Part shown: piece after piece, positions 12,414-25,400 of the stretch
Numbering within the stretch: the stretch's first letter is position 1
Layout of the letters: every line of letters starts with the position of its first letter
From: Eutreptiella sp. 'Long Island Sound 2002'
Taxonomy: Eukaryota > Protista > Euglenida
Reading direction: 5' to 3'
DNA length: 64,000 bases
Assembly: GCA_964036045.1 (NCBI GenBank)
Contig: OZ038379.1
Coordinates: 44,640,001-44,704,000, forward strand
The notes under the pieces: generated by a model
What the model was told of the DNA's origin: nothing
What the model saw: only the letters and a program-made list of their open reading frames with translations
The model's database searches: none
Made by a program: the position numbers and the translations under genes

Positions 12414-13653
12414 GACATATATACACATGGGACACCAAAGGCCATAAAAAATGGCATATACCCCAATTGAAGGACCCATAGTAAATGTTCACAAACATAG
12501 TTACTATGGGTCAAGTCCTCCCTTGGATCCCAAGTCAATCATGCAAGCATATTCGCAAGTGTGCAAAAGGCAGCCTAGGGAAAGGATGCTCACAAGGCGA
12601 TATTATGTAAAATAGTAGATAGGCTTGGATAAATCATGCAAGCCATAAACGATGCTTCTTGTGCTCTCTGGTGTCCATATTACCTTGGTTCGAGGCTCAT
12701 ATGGAGCTTGGCTACGAGAACCAACCTTGGCGCCACGGCCATTTTGGCCAAAATTTAGAGGAAAAGTCGTCCCCTCAAGCGACGGGGTTTTGGTACGCAT
12801 GGAATTGCGTGGAGCAATCGTTCAGTTAGCTCCAAAAACAAAATATACCTAGGGCTATTGGTCTTGTGAGCATCATGTTAAGTTATTTACGTTCATGCTG
12901 AGAAGTACACAAATTTAGCGTTTGTGCACGTTTTTGACTTGGGCTTTTCATATCCATGTGTGTCCCAAAACTCTCCTATAAACCGCTTTCCCAAAGGAAG
13001 CGATATGTCCATGTGAGAGGGGCCTGAAAGGAAGGCAAAGGTGGGAGATGCAGAGTTCCCTACAAACTCATGGTCTATAAGAACCATGTGTTCGGTCGCT
13101 TGACAGAAAAGCTTGCGCGTCAATTTTCTTCCAGACGCGCCGGCGAAAAGTTCTGGTGAGCACACCAGATGAAAGTACATGAGACGCCCTACAGATCCAT
13201 CCGTTAACTTCCTTTCCAACCTCAAAGGTACAGGAGAAAGGGTCAAAACAAAACTCGCCACGGAAACACGCCCCCAACAGGGGCGCAGGCGCCTACGGGC
13301 GACATTCTAATGGCGGCGAGAAATCGTGTCAGAATAATCGATTTTAATCGATTTCCTGCAAGATTAAATCATTAAATTGAAATCATCAAAATTCCGAATG
13401 GATTTAATTGATTGGGAGGGTCAGGGACGGGATCGGTCCCATGCCGGTTCCCAACGGAATGGAGGCAATATATCCCATCCCACAAGATGGGGAATAGGCA
13501 TAGGTGACAGGAAAGGACAGACACTTGCCCTATGAGACATGGGGTCTTGAATACCGCTTCAATATGTCTCCGACAAACAATACTTCAGCTCAGCGCCATT
13601 TGGCTCTGTAACAGCCTCAAACAGTAGGTCCTGACAAACAGTCTTATGCATGC

Positions 13654-16600
13654 ATGTCAGCCAGTGGCCTGGCGAAGCAACGCTGCGGCGGCCATATCCA
13701 CAATGCGTTCTCTCGCATGCTGCAAAACAAGGGCAGGCTATATCATCTCTATCTTGATTTTAATAAAGCATTTAATTGGGTCCCATTAGCCGCACTATCG
13801 GCAACATTACGGGGATACGGGCTACAGGTGAAGCTAATTGCTTCTATCCAGCTCCTCTACACCCACGCATACGACCAACCTCTCGTCGAGGGAACAAAAT
13901 TGACTGTTTTTGCCCTTCTGTGTCAACCAAGATAGACTGAGTTGGCGTTCCAAGTTTGACGTAAATCAGGCGTCTTGGCACCCAGGAAATGGCCAACATT
14001 GGCAAAACCTGGCCCAAATAGGCTGACTTGGCGGCCTGAAATTGACCAAATTGGCCCACGGACCGCCTCGCAGAGCAACAGCGTGCCACTTCCAACGTCC
14101 CGGTGTCTGACAAGCATGTCCACTGAGTCTTTTTCACCCTGTACCTGAACCAGATGTTTTTGTATCTGGACACCCAGATAGACTGTGATGTGGAAACAAG
14201 CATCCACGCTTTTGTGGATAACATCCTGTTCCGCGCGGCCTCCCTGTGTGACATCCAAAAAGCTTTTGAGGCCTTTGATTGACCTGCCAGAACCCTGGGC
14301 CTTGTCATGATGGTCACAAAAACCGAGCTACACGCACTCCGCGCATCAGGCCAACCAGAAGAACACTCTCGCCATGGAGGCAAAATTGCCACCTGCGACA
14401 GCAACAAACAGACACACCAGGTGTACAAGTACTTAGGAGTATACTGTTATACTTCAGATCAATGCGAGCTGGTCTATGAGCTAATCAAATCAGCGGTCAA
14501 CGCTTGTTTTGATGTCCTTGCCTCCCTCAAACTCACCGCATCTGAACTCATCATGCTGTGCAACAAGCAGCTGCAGACAACGCTGGTGTATCGCCTGCTT
14601 GCAAGCCCACTCAACACCCACCAACTCCAAATGATTCAGAAGACTATCTGGCGCAAGATCTCAGTCTATGGACTCCTGCCCAAGGGCCTGTTACGAAAAA
14701 ACAAATATATGGGCCGAACAAAGGGCTGTCGGAACCTCGTCCTCTTTTTAATTTTTATGCAATCTCAGATTTTTAATTTTTCCATGAGATACCTCCAACA
14801 TGAAAAACCCGGACAAACAAACAGTTCGGTCTGTGATGCTCAGCAGTCCAGCAAAGCAAACCGGCTGCAAAACGCATGTGTTGACTCTGTCTATCGGTTA
14901 GGGGGCAGATCCCACTGCTTCCGTGCCTGGAACCTATGCCAGGCCTCCGGCTTTGTGGAAGGGAAACGTTGTACGTGCAGTTCAACACCGGATGGTGTGA
15001 AGGGGAAGTCATACGCTATGATGATCAGGGACGCACCAGCCTCAATAGATTCTCTCTCAACAACACTTCGTTCCACATTCGCGACAACCTTCATAGTTTC
15101 ATCTTGCACCTACCGCAGCCCCCCCCCCTCCCCAGCTAGTAAACACTTTCTCCTCTCCTGCACCCCCCTCAACCTCCCTAAGCCGCTCCCCCCCTACCCC
15201 TTCCCCAACTCCACTCAGTACCTTGAAGCCAATGAATGGGCTCACGTATATCGATTAAGGTTCGGAATTGGTTTCAGAAAAAAAAATCTGTTTCTTCCGA
15301 TCATTTTGCAAAAAATAACCGATTGTTTTGATTATTGCCCCTTCAAATAATCAGTTTTTTCCGATCGATTTGCAAAAAATAACCGAGTGTTCCGATTCTT
15401 GCCCCTTCAAATAATCAGTTTTTTCCAAAAACTGCGGCAATCACTGCAGAGACCACACAGCACTTCCACAAGCAGCATGTTGGTTCTCTTTTTTCAACAC
15501 TTGTGAGTACTTCAAACACACCGACGGTACAAAACTGGAAATATTAAACATCTCCTCTCCACCATTCTAAAGTTTACGTTGTCTTGCCTGCAGAAACCAA
15601 AGAAGAGAGAACAAAACACGCCTGACAGCAGAGCACAAAAGCAAACGAAAACGAGAGCAAGTAACACAAGCCACGCAATCATGGCAAAACAAAACAATCC
15701 GAAGCCGCAACTAGATGGCAAACATCACAATCTGCCACGACAGAGACCTAGACCAAGCAGTCCACAACATGCAAAAAACTAACAAAGGGTGAAAACAAAA
15801 ACAAGCACGTATGTCAGTGCAATGCTACACGTCTCAGAGCTCTCCACAGCACAGGTACAAACTCGAACAATCAGATGACAAAATCAGATCTACGAGAATG
15901 ACGGCAGAAACGAAGAGGAACGAAGACAAACAAAAACTACCGAAGACAAAGACAAAAACACGGAGCAGACACACCCACAGAAGGCGTGCTCTGCTTGTCT
16001 CCGTCACGATAGTCCCTTCTCACGCGATGGCCTCCTCTGGGCGAAGTCTCCTGCTCGCTGGCCTTGTTCGGCAAAGTCTCGTGCTCCCTCGGCTTCTCCG
16101 GCGAAGTCTTCTGCTCGCTGGGCTTCTCAGGCAAAGCATCTCACGCGCTGGCGTTCTCGGATGAGGTCTCCTGCTTGATGGCCTCCTGCTCGCTGCGATT
16201 CTCTCACGAAGTCTCCAGCTTGCTGCCCTTCCTCGTTGAAGAATCTCATGCGCTGGCCCTCTCCTGTAGTAGCGTTGACTTGTCTCCTACATCGTTTTTT
16301 TTGTTCCTTTTGATTTTCTGAAGATAACCAAAAATGCAGCGAAACGGTAATTACTTGCATTCTTCGAAATGGTTACACTTTTTAGCAAAGATGTACTTGA
16401 TTTCTCATGTTACTTCTTTCTTCTGTGAACCACAGGACATTCTCGGTTGCGGCTTGCGGCATTTGAGGGTGCGCTTCGCAGCGGCATTTCTAATCCAATA
16501 ATCGATGCGATAGCCATTCTCTTAAAAAAAAACCGATTCGATGCAATTTTTCAAAAATCATCGACGATATTCGCCGATTAACCGATTAATCGATTAATCG

Positions 16601-17345
16601 CCAAAATCGATTCCAAACCTTAATATCGATTCTTCAACGCCACGACAGCAATGCAGGTATCTGATCTCAAGGGATGGGGGTGTGTCAGCATCCTGGAGGC
16701 ACTCCAACACCCAGAATCCGGCGAGTGGCTTTGGGTCCATCTTGACGGCTCGTGGGCCAACCCCCTGTCCAGCTCAGCAGCCGTAATCCTCTGGCCTGAC
16801 GGGGCAACCCTTCGTCTCACCATCCCATGCCCGTAATACAGCAGCCGCGATGCTGAATTCAGGGCATTCGTCAAAACAGTAACGTACCTAATATCCGTAG
16901 GTTTCAGGGGAAAGGCTTCGCCCTGCATGGACAACTCTCAAGTTGTCAGTAATGTGGACACAATCCTGTGCCACGCACCAACTCCACCTCACAGGACTAC
17001 GTGTCAAGGCACTTGGCAAGCAGTTCTGCAGAGTCTCCTCCAGGAAATCACCTTCCATGTCTGTGGCGGGTGGCTCAAATCTCGCGTCGGCTTCCCCGGC
17101 AAAGAGATCGCCGATGCCATGGCGAAGTATAGCGCATACGCACTACAGGTCTTTCAGCGACACAGACAACCCCAAACAAACATACAGTCACGTTCCATGG
17201 CAACGTCTCCATTCACAAGATAGGCAGAACACACCGCGGCTCCATCTTTTCCAGACACCTACACACGGGCATCCACAAGGCAACCAGCTTTGACTGGTCC
17301 TCAAACTACTCGGCGTTCAGCTCCTACGCGGATAGGTGGGTTTTG
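13654..17345 (+). mobile_element. LINE-B: 5'-truncated degenerate RT-RNase H LINE, interrupted by a hAT element
   Basis: LYLDFNKAFNWV (13745-13780), GV*QACPLS (~14102-14128), HAFVDNILF (~14205-14230), YKYLGV, then RNase H motifs VHLDGS, DAEFRAF, MDNSQV and WLKSRVGFPGKEIADAMA (16735-17125). Confidence 0.85.
15256..16622. mobile_element. Non-autonomous hAT-type DNA transposon (1367 bp)
   Basis: Imperfect TIRs TAAGGTTCGGAATTGGTTT (15256-) and AAAATCGATTCCAAACCTTA (-16622). Exact 8-bp TSD ATATCGAT at 15248-15255 and 16623-16630. Subterminal CGATT-rich repeats and no transposase. Confidence 0.92.
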
Positions 17346-17972
17346 GGGGTTAAAGTAAGTAAGTAAGTATGGGTGGCGGCCTCGGTAGGCTCATGTGACG
17401 TCCCCTTGTTTGTTTTATATGGTGGCCGCCTCTGGCGGGAAGGGGAGCTCTCCACCATCAGTTCCCCTGGTGTCTCACCTGACAGCAAAGAACTTGTACA
17501 AGGTTCCCTTGAGGCATGACCAGTGGTAAGTTCGTTTCAGCCCCTGCCCTCACGGGTGCGCCTTCTGGTCCCCCGTCGAAGAATCCCTTGGTCTCCCCCC
17601 CCCAGGCGCAGCCTTTAGGGCGATCCCGGGTGGGTCTCCTGTGGATAGCCATCGTTCACAGCGCAGCATTGCTGTCAGCCACATTCCACTGCTCTTCATT
17701 GCTGACGGGCTGGAGTACCCACTCGGCTCCCGGATGTACTTGGTTGTCGTCCATCCGCGGCCGCAGGCCAGGGGGCGACCGTTTCCACGTTCCACCAGGT
17801 CCCGCTCACGCTTGAACCTACTTGCACTCCGGCCCTTGACTCGGGGGCCTCAGGGTCAGTCCTCAAGTCTGCAGACAACTCAGGGCCGTCCGAGGTTCAG
17901 GGCATTTTCCCAACTTCCTGTGGCCAGGTTCCCCGTGGTTGTCTCAGGGTTCCTCACTCCATGGCGACTGGT

Positions 17973-18599
17973 TGTATAACACTTTTGTTTGTGCTGTACT
18001 CGGTATCTCTGAACTTTTCCAAAAACCCACAAAATCCACAAAGCGTCACTTTGCCTAAGGCCTTGGCTTGCCCAAATCTTCAAACTTCTTTGACGGGTTT
18101 CCTTGAGTCTCCTGTTTTACCCACAATTCACAAAACCTCTGCTTGGTTTCCAAGTATGTTGCCTTGCATTGTCCTGTCCTCCCATGCACACTTGCACAAC
18201 TCAACACGAGTATACTTGTTTCTCTTAGCACACCTCAAGTTCTGCACCAAACGGCGGCGTCCACGATGCGGCCATCGCTGACACTGCCGGGACTCGCCAA
18301 CGGGACTGTACCTTGCTGGGCTTCGCGTTACATGTCAACTATACAAAGCAACAATCGATGAGAACACCTGACGGCAAACGACAAATCTGGACCATCATCG
18401 CAAACTAACGCAAATCGTGCAACCATTTAATAATAATAAAAACCCGCAACAACACCACATCAAAATCCACAGAATCTTTACAGATCCCGATCTCTGACCA
18501 ATCTCCGCCACTCTGGCGATTACCGTGGCAACGCGCCAAAGGCGCAATTGCCGCCAGGGCCTGCAGCCCTGTCCTGGTTGCCCAGGCTAGCCTATTACA
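17973..18599. repeat. LTR of element 1 (left copy)
   Basis: 627-bp direct repeat of 21870-22495 with TG..CA ends. Confidence 0.92.
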
Positions 18600-19233
18600 C
18601 TCCCCTACTAAGACACGACACAGAGCGTGGAGAGTCCGAAAAACAAGTAAAAACTCAATGGGTGACCTGGGCAACAAAACCTACAAAAGGCATAACTAGG
18701 GGCGTGGGGGGGGGATCACTGGTGCATGCTCGTTTGCTGAGCTGCAGTCTTGGAGGGGAGGGGCGGGGAGTCCCAGGCGCCGAGGGGCTCTGGCCCTTGG
18801 GTGTTTTGGGCTTCCTAGGGAGCCACCTGCTCGACCTGCTGCCCCCATTGCACATAATGATCCTTCAGGGCCTGGTACCCGGCCACCACTCTCGAGTGGC
18901 TGACCGCCTGCACCTACCCACAAGCACCATCACCACACCCGAACCATGCACTTGCCCGCCAGCACACTTTCTGAGTGTCTATTTTTTTTCGATTGACCCT
19001 CAGAAATTTATTGATGGATCCACCAGCAGTCCAGGCTGCTCGGTGATTAACGAAAATCCTGGGCTGTTCAACTTCTGGGCTGATCCCGTGAAGCCGTGGA
19101 TTACCAACAAAGGTCCCAAAGCCGCAATTTGGAGCCGAGGCAAGCGCAACAACCTTGCCGTCAATTTTATTTGCCTAGCGCAAAGCCGCAATCGTGAGCG
19201 CCGTCCTTTGCCTAGCTTCGCAACGCCGTTTTC

Positions 19234-21863
19234 TTGGCAATGTCGCAAGTTGGGCTCAAGGAACGTTCCGCAAAGGACAAGACCGAAAGCAAACAGCTAA
19301 AGTCCGTGAAAAGTTTCATTGCTCGAACTCAAGCTAAAGTGGACGCCAAACTGACTCAAAGTCGGCTTCTCCCTACGCTTTCGCCCGCCAAACGCGAGAA
19401 CGACCCATTTCACCCTTCACTAGACCTTTCCCCGTCACATGAGGAAGGCACGTCATCCAATGTCATTTCAGACTATGAACAACCCGAAGATGTCGCAAAA
19501 GAACTCTTCCCACTCGCCGAGACAACGGCTCACACCGCCATAGGAAAAGGAGCCCAAGAACCACGACATCAAGTCCAAGCGCCCGCTCCGCCAACCAACT
19601 CCGAGAAGGTCCAAGACTCCGTGCCCGAAGGCACGCACGAGAACACCGAAGGAAGCCATCCATGTGACGACGAAGAGTTGAAACAACAAGAAGAAAGTAG
19701 CGAAGACCCGTGTGGAGATTCGGCAATGAACAACAACGCCGCTCTCAACGACAACGCAAGGAGAACCAACGAGGTTGCCCCCGACAACTCCCTCTTAACG
19801 CCACGTGAGGAGCAATCTACGCCAAGCGCTATTCCGTCTCCCGAAGGAACACACAAAAAGGCCGAAGACGGGGAAGACCCTACTCCCGATGAAACGGATG
19901 GTAATTCCGGAAAACCCTTCTTCAACCCTTCCCTTGCCCCGGATGGTGTTTTTGCAAAAATCTTGGTTAAACATAAAGGTGAGATCAACACACACGATCA
20001 ACAAGCACTATGGGGAGAAACGCATGTCCATGACACCTTAGGAGTTGATACAAATCAACTCGTGTTAGAGAAACACCACAAGCAAGTGATCTATGATCAA
20101 GTACACCCAACAATAGACCTTTGCGCGAGCGACGGGTGCACCTTTTTCCATGACATTGATTGCTCCGGCAACAATGCCTACTCCACAATTGGACATGACA
20201 ATTTTAGGTACCTCAAAGACACCCTTCATCACCACCCAAAGTTCTACATTTTTCCACACCCGCAAGATTACTACAACTCCAAATACAAATACGGCAACAC
20301 GTGGACCGAGTGGGCCCATGCCATCAACGAAGCCTTGCAAGAAGCCTTTGATTCCGGTGTTGTGTACGAAGGCTCCTTCATTCTCCCGGGAATGGAAGAC
20401 AACCTTTCGGCGGAGACCCTCTACATGAACCCCTTGAACCCCGGCATGATCTCCCTTGCCCCTTGGGTATGTGGAGTAGACCGGCTTTCGGATGCCAACA
20501 CGTACAACCCATCACCTAATCCCGATGGCTCCGTGCGGCTCAACTTGCTTGACTCTCCTCAATACCCATATTTTCACCTTCACCTCTCCACCCGTCACAA
20601 GCACCACGCACACATCCGCTACGGCGACATCATGCACCCTCACACCTCCCTACAATGGGCCATAAATAAGGTAGACGGCACCGTCCAAGTGGCCGCGGTG
20701 CGCACAACACTACGATTCGAAGTTGCACGGCATTTGCTCCCGAACTTCACCGTCTCTTCTCCAAAAGAGCTTTCCAAAAAATCCAAGCGGGAACGAGGAG
20801 AGTATGGGCGGCGCCGTGGCAACGCCTGGGACTTTTTTGTCCTCTTCAACCGCCTTTTCCATTTCGAAAACGACCACATCTCGGTTAACTCCAAAAATGC
20901 TTTCTGTCCGGAGGAACGCATACGGCCTCTACAATCATCCTCCGAACATATGTTCCGCTTCGATTACACCATTCCAACCCCCTCGCCGAGAAGCTTCTCT
21001 CCACCATCTTACAACACCCTTTGTGGACGCTCGGCAAAGTCTTTTGCATCCGTGGTTCCGATTCAGGGAAGGACAAAACTTTCAAAGTTGTACCTTCAAA
21101 AGCATACAAACAGGCCACGCCCGACTTCAAACAAATTGACGTGTGGAAATCCCTCCTTACTAGCGAAGCCGCGCGACGGTGCGGTATCCTAGGGGCCATT
21201 CCCAGAACACAACACAAATTTTACGTGTGCATGAACTATCACAACACCCCCTTGCTCCCCCAGCGAGACTCCCTCACTTCCATGAGCTACATGCTCTTCC
21301 AAGAGAATAACCTGGTCACGTATCGGGGCACTACGGGAGCCATGATCTCTTGGGGAGGATACTCCTCTTGGCGCTCCAAACACCCGGGACACAAAATGGA
21401 CCTCTTCGCCTCTCCCCGAAAAGTGCACAAAGATGCCCCTCCCCCACCCTCCCCGGTGAAGGCTTGCTTCAACCCCCTCCCTGAACCACCTGATCCAGAA
21501 CTGGTAGAAGTACACGCCCCGTCATCCACGCCGGACGTTGATGTAATGTTCGGGGTCTCCCTGCTTGGGAAAATTCGGCACATTTCCTTGTTCAGCGCCC
21601 CCATGGCTAAGGTGCGAGTCTACCGAGTGAAATATGCTCATTACGAATCCGCGCTCCTTGCAGAAGGCTTCACTGTGTCCCAGCTCGTCTTTCACCCCGA
21701 GTGCCCCGACACAGCCGCGCGTGACAACCTTTTGGCTCCCCCCAACCCCCTCGCTGGCGCACTTCTGGGCGCCCTCGCTGGCGCACTTCTGAAGCGCCCA
21801 CGCTGGCGCAATGAGCATGGGCGACAACCGCAGGTCTCCTCCCGGGGTTCCGAACTTAGATGA
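19234..21863 (+). CDS. Large uncharacterised ORF inside LTR element 1 (652 aa + frameshifted 280 aa), possible N6-adenine methyltransferase-like domain
   Basis: ORF 19234-21192 overlaps ORF 21021-21863 in another frame. Acidic disordered N-terminus, then PTIDLCAS...FYIFPHP...WAHAINEAL...GSFILP. Stop is 6 nt before the right LTR. The methyltransferase call is tentative. Confidence 0.65.
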
Positions 21864-21869
21864 AGATTT

Positions 21870-22495
21870 TGTATAACACTTTTGTTTGTGCTGTACTCGG
21901 TATCTTTCAACTTTTCCAACAACCACAAAATCCACAAAGCGTCATTTTGCCTAAGGCCTTGGCTTGCCCAAATCTTCAAAATTCTTTGACGGGTTTCCTT
22001 GAGTCTCCTGCTTTACCCACAATTCACAAAACCTCTGCTTGGTTTCCAAGTACGTTGCCTCACATCATCCCCTCCTCCCTTGCACACTTGCACAACTCAA
22101 CACGAGTATACTTGGTGCTCTTGGCACACTTCAAGTTCTGCACCAAACGGCGGCGTCCACGACGCGGCCATCGCTGACACTGCCCGGACTCGCCACCGGG
22201 ACTGTACCTTGCTTGGCTTAGCGTTACATGTCAACTATACAAAGCAACAAGGGATGAGAACACCTGACGGCAAACGAGAAATCTGGACCATCATCGCAAA
22301 CTAACACGAATTGTGCAACGATTCAGTAATAATAAAAACCCGCAACAACACCACATCAAAATCCACAGAATGCTTACAGATCTTGATCTCTGACCAATTA
22401 CTGCCACTCTGGCGATCACCATGGCGACGCGCCAAAGGCGCAATCGCCACCAGGGCCTGCAGCCCTGTCCTTTTCGCCCAGGCCAGCCTCTTACA
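21870..22495. repeat. LTR of element 1 (right copy)
   Basis: 626-bp direct repeat of 17973-18599. Confidence 0.92.
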
Positions 22496-25400
22496 CTGGT
22501 TTCTCATTCCCACGGGGCTGTTGCTTGGTACTTTCTGCCCTATTTCCCCTGTTCCGCTGCGTTTGCAACCCCGCGATGTCCCTTTTCCTTTTGTTACATC
22601 CCGTCACTGGCCCAGTCCCCACGCTTCACGCCTCATCCTGTGTTTCTACCCCAGCGGGCTGCCAGTAACACTTTGACACGGGGGCACTGGATCCTCATTT
22701 ATCCGGGGACCCTTTCGTGCGTCTTGCACGTGTCGCTCCTGTCCCGCCCCCTTGTGTTTGTGCTGTCTGTTTCTTGTTTGACTCCTTGGGGACGGTGTGC
22801 GGTCCTTGGCACACCTTCTCCCTGGCCCCGTCCCCGTATCCCATGCCACTACCCATGCCCATACCCCACTGGGCTGCCTGAATCCCATGTGTGTACCCCA
22901 ATCGGCCGCATGCTACCCTGTGGCGCTTGCCCGAGGGTCTGTTTCTTGCCTCATGCACTAGTTGCTCCTATTCGTTGTCCCGCTGCCTGCTCGCTCAGTG
23001 CTGTTTGTCGCCTGGTTGTGTGTTTATGTTTTTTATGCGGGGGGTCTTTCTTCTGTGCGCACCCCATGGCCCACCTGCCCCCCCCTTTCCCTCTGTGTGT
23101 CCGTGCCCTGTCCCGTTGTTTCCCGTTGCTTCTGTTTTCCTTTTACCCTCCTCCTTGCATGCACGCACGTCATCACTGCGCTGGTCATCTGGTTACGGCT
23201 CCGCTGTGTCCCCGTCTCTGGTCTTCTCGCCCCCGTGGTGCGTTCCCCTTGCCAGTTCCCGGCCACGCCAGGTGGGGCCGCTCCCTCGCGTCACCCTGTC
23301 ACCTCTCCCCTCCCCGCCCTACCCCCGTCACCTGTCTCCCGCCCGTCCGCCTCGCTGCTCATCTCCGCGCCAGGGCTGTATCTTGCGCGCCCTCACGCGT
23401 CTTTCGGCATGTGCCCGGTCCTCCGTCCTGTAGGCCGATTTGGGCGGCCTCCCAATGTACCCCTTCGGGGGGATTCCCCCGTCGTCTGCCCCCGCCGGCC
23501 TCCTCTCCATCAGTTCCCTGATCTTGAAGCGGGGCGACCGGTACTGCTCAATACGGGTTTTTGGCATGGCGTCGTTCTGTAGGCAATGATGTGCACCTTT
23601 TTGCCGCTGTTCACCCCCTGCGCCCCTCCCTTGGCGCGGGGCCGTGTCCCGCGTCCGCGCCTACTCCTTCCCCTTTGTGACTCTCGTGCCGCGCTCATCG
23701 CCGCTCACGCGCCCCCTGCGCGTGTCTTCTGCCCCCCTCTTCACTACCCTTGCCCTGCCGACCTTACCCCTCTCTCTCTGCCACGTTCTCTCTCCTCTAC
23801 CCACCACGTCACCTTGTCCCAACCCTGCCTCACACGGAGGGGCGTCGCTTGCCCATTGCCTTTTGGATATTACCGTCTGCTATCACGGACTGTGCTGTAC
23901 ATCCTCCCTAGGAGTCCACTCGCGGGTACCAATTATGCGGCCGATGCCCCTACCCTTCTTCCTGGAGTCAGGTTGTACCCAGAGTCCTCTCGCCCTGGTT
24001 CACCAATGTGGGTGTGTGTCTTGTGGCACCACTTCGCTGAATGCCCCACAGAGCCTCCTGTCTAGCCCATCTCAGAAGCCCTGCCACCCTTAAGCTTAAC
24101 GGTACCTCCGCAGCACCACCACGCTGGTCTCCCGGCAGCAGGCAGTCCGCATTCCCGGCCGCCAACTTCTCATCCATCGGATCCCTGCTCTGCGCCCGCC
24201 CTCCATAGGGGCGCTGTGGCCAGGGCTGAGGTGGCTGCCCTGGCCTTCCTTCCGGCGCCGTACCCGGCGCCATTCCCCTCTTGCGTCGTTGTACGCCTCT
24301 TTTACTCTGGTCCCCGACTCGGACCCTTACTTCTCCACTGCCGCTCCAGACGCCTCGCGTGTCCCCTGGTGTCTGTCACTCAGACTGGCTTGCACCGTTG
24401 GCCTTCTCCTTGCTTCCCGGCCTCTGCTGCCGCTGACCTGGTGCCCGGCCCGTCGTCTGGGGGTCCATGCTCCCGACCTTCATCCCCTCATCTCTCTCTG
24501 CCCTGCTGGCCATCCACCACTTTGGCCTCTTCCCCGCCACCTCCTGGCCCAACTCGTCCCCGTGCTTGTCCCCTGCTCCATGCTTCTGCTCAGCCCGTGC
24601 CCGACCACCACCTTCCAGTGTCTCCATCTCGAGCCCACCCAGCCCGCAGCCCGCAGTCTACGCCCTTCTGCCCTCCCTGCACCCTCCGTGGGCCGGGCTC
24701 TGCATCCTGTCGCCCATGCGGACCCTCTCCTGCCTTGCCCTACGCCGCGCCATCGCCCCAACCATTTTGGCCTCAGTACCACCCCTCCCTCTGCAACAGC
24801 TCCCTCAGCATCTGCACCCGCGGATTTCTCACCCGTTCCTTGGGACACTCCAGGTCCCCCCCGGGAGCGCCCCACCCAGCATCCTCCTCCACCTGCCCTC
24901 CTCCATTTCGGGCCCATCCTCCCGCAAACTCCCTGCCGTGTGGACCAGGTCGCAGAACCGGCGGGTCCCGCGCCTCTCCTGTCCCCCCCTCGTCCTCCCT
25001 GCCCACTTCACGTAGCGGACCAACTCTGCCACGTCCCCCGCCCTGCAGCCCGGGAATGTCCCCGGCGACCTCTGCGCCAGATGCCGCGCATACCGCCGCG
25101 GCAGTGGGGACTCCGAACCCCAGTCCGTCGGCGTTGGTTCTGGGCTGGGGCCCGTGGGCTGCGGCGCCCCCCTTGCTTCCCCTGCTCCCTGCTCCTCCAC
25201 CCAGCGTCGCCGTCCCCGCGCTTGCAGAGCCTCTCCTCCCTCCCTTCTTGCCTATTCCTGGACGGCGACCGTCTCTCCACATCAGTGGGGGGGGTGTGCC
25301 CCTCCGGGTCCGGGATGACCCGGTGCGCTCCGCGGGCCACCGCCTCCTCCTCCTCCCTCACCCTGCCTTCCCGCTCCGCCACCTCCCTGTCCCTCTCTGC

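Larger units (their letters stand above)
17973..22495 (-). mobile_element. LTR element 1 (4523 bp), no recognisable gag/pol
   Basis: LTRs 17973-18599 and 21870-22495 both run TGTATAAC...TTACA. 5-bp TSD CTGGT at 17968-17972 and 22496-22500. Minus-strand PPT AGTAGGGGAG abuts the LTR at 18599. Confidence 0.92.

Noticed and set aside
12603-13261. Two minus-strand ORFs that might be host exons
   Set aside because: No recognisable domain or splice structure, so they cannot be supported as a gene.
13310-13410. AATCGATT-rich patch resembling the hAT subterminal region
   Set aside because: Only a 9-nt match to the TIR, with no partner end or TSD.
14279-14300. 2A-like NPGP peptide
   Set aside because: Out of frame with the RT and lacks the DxEx prefix.
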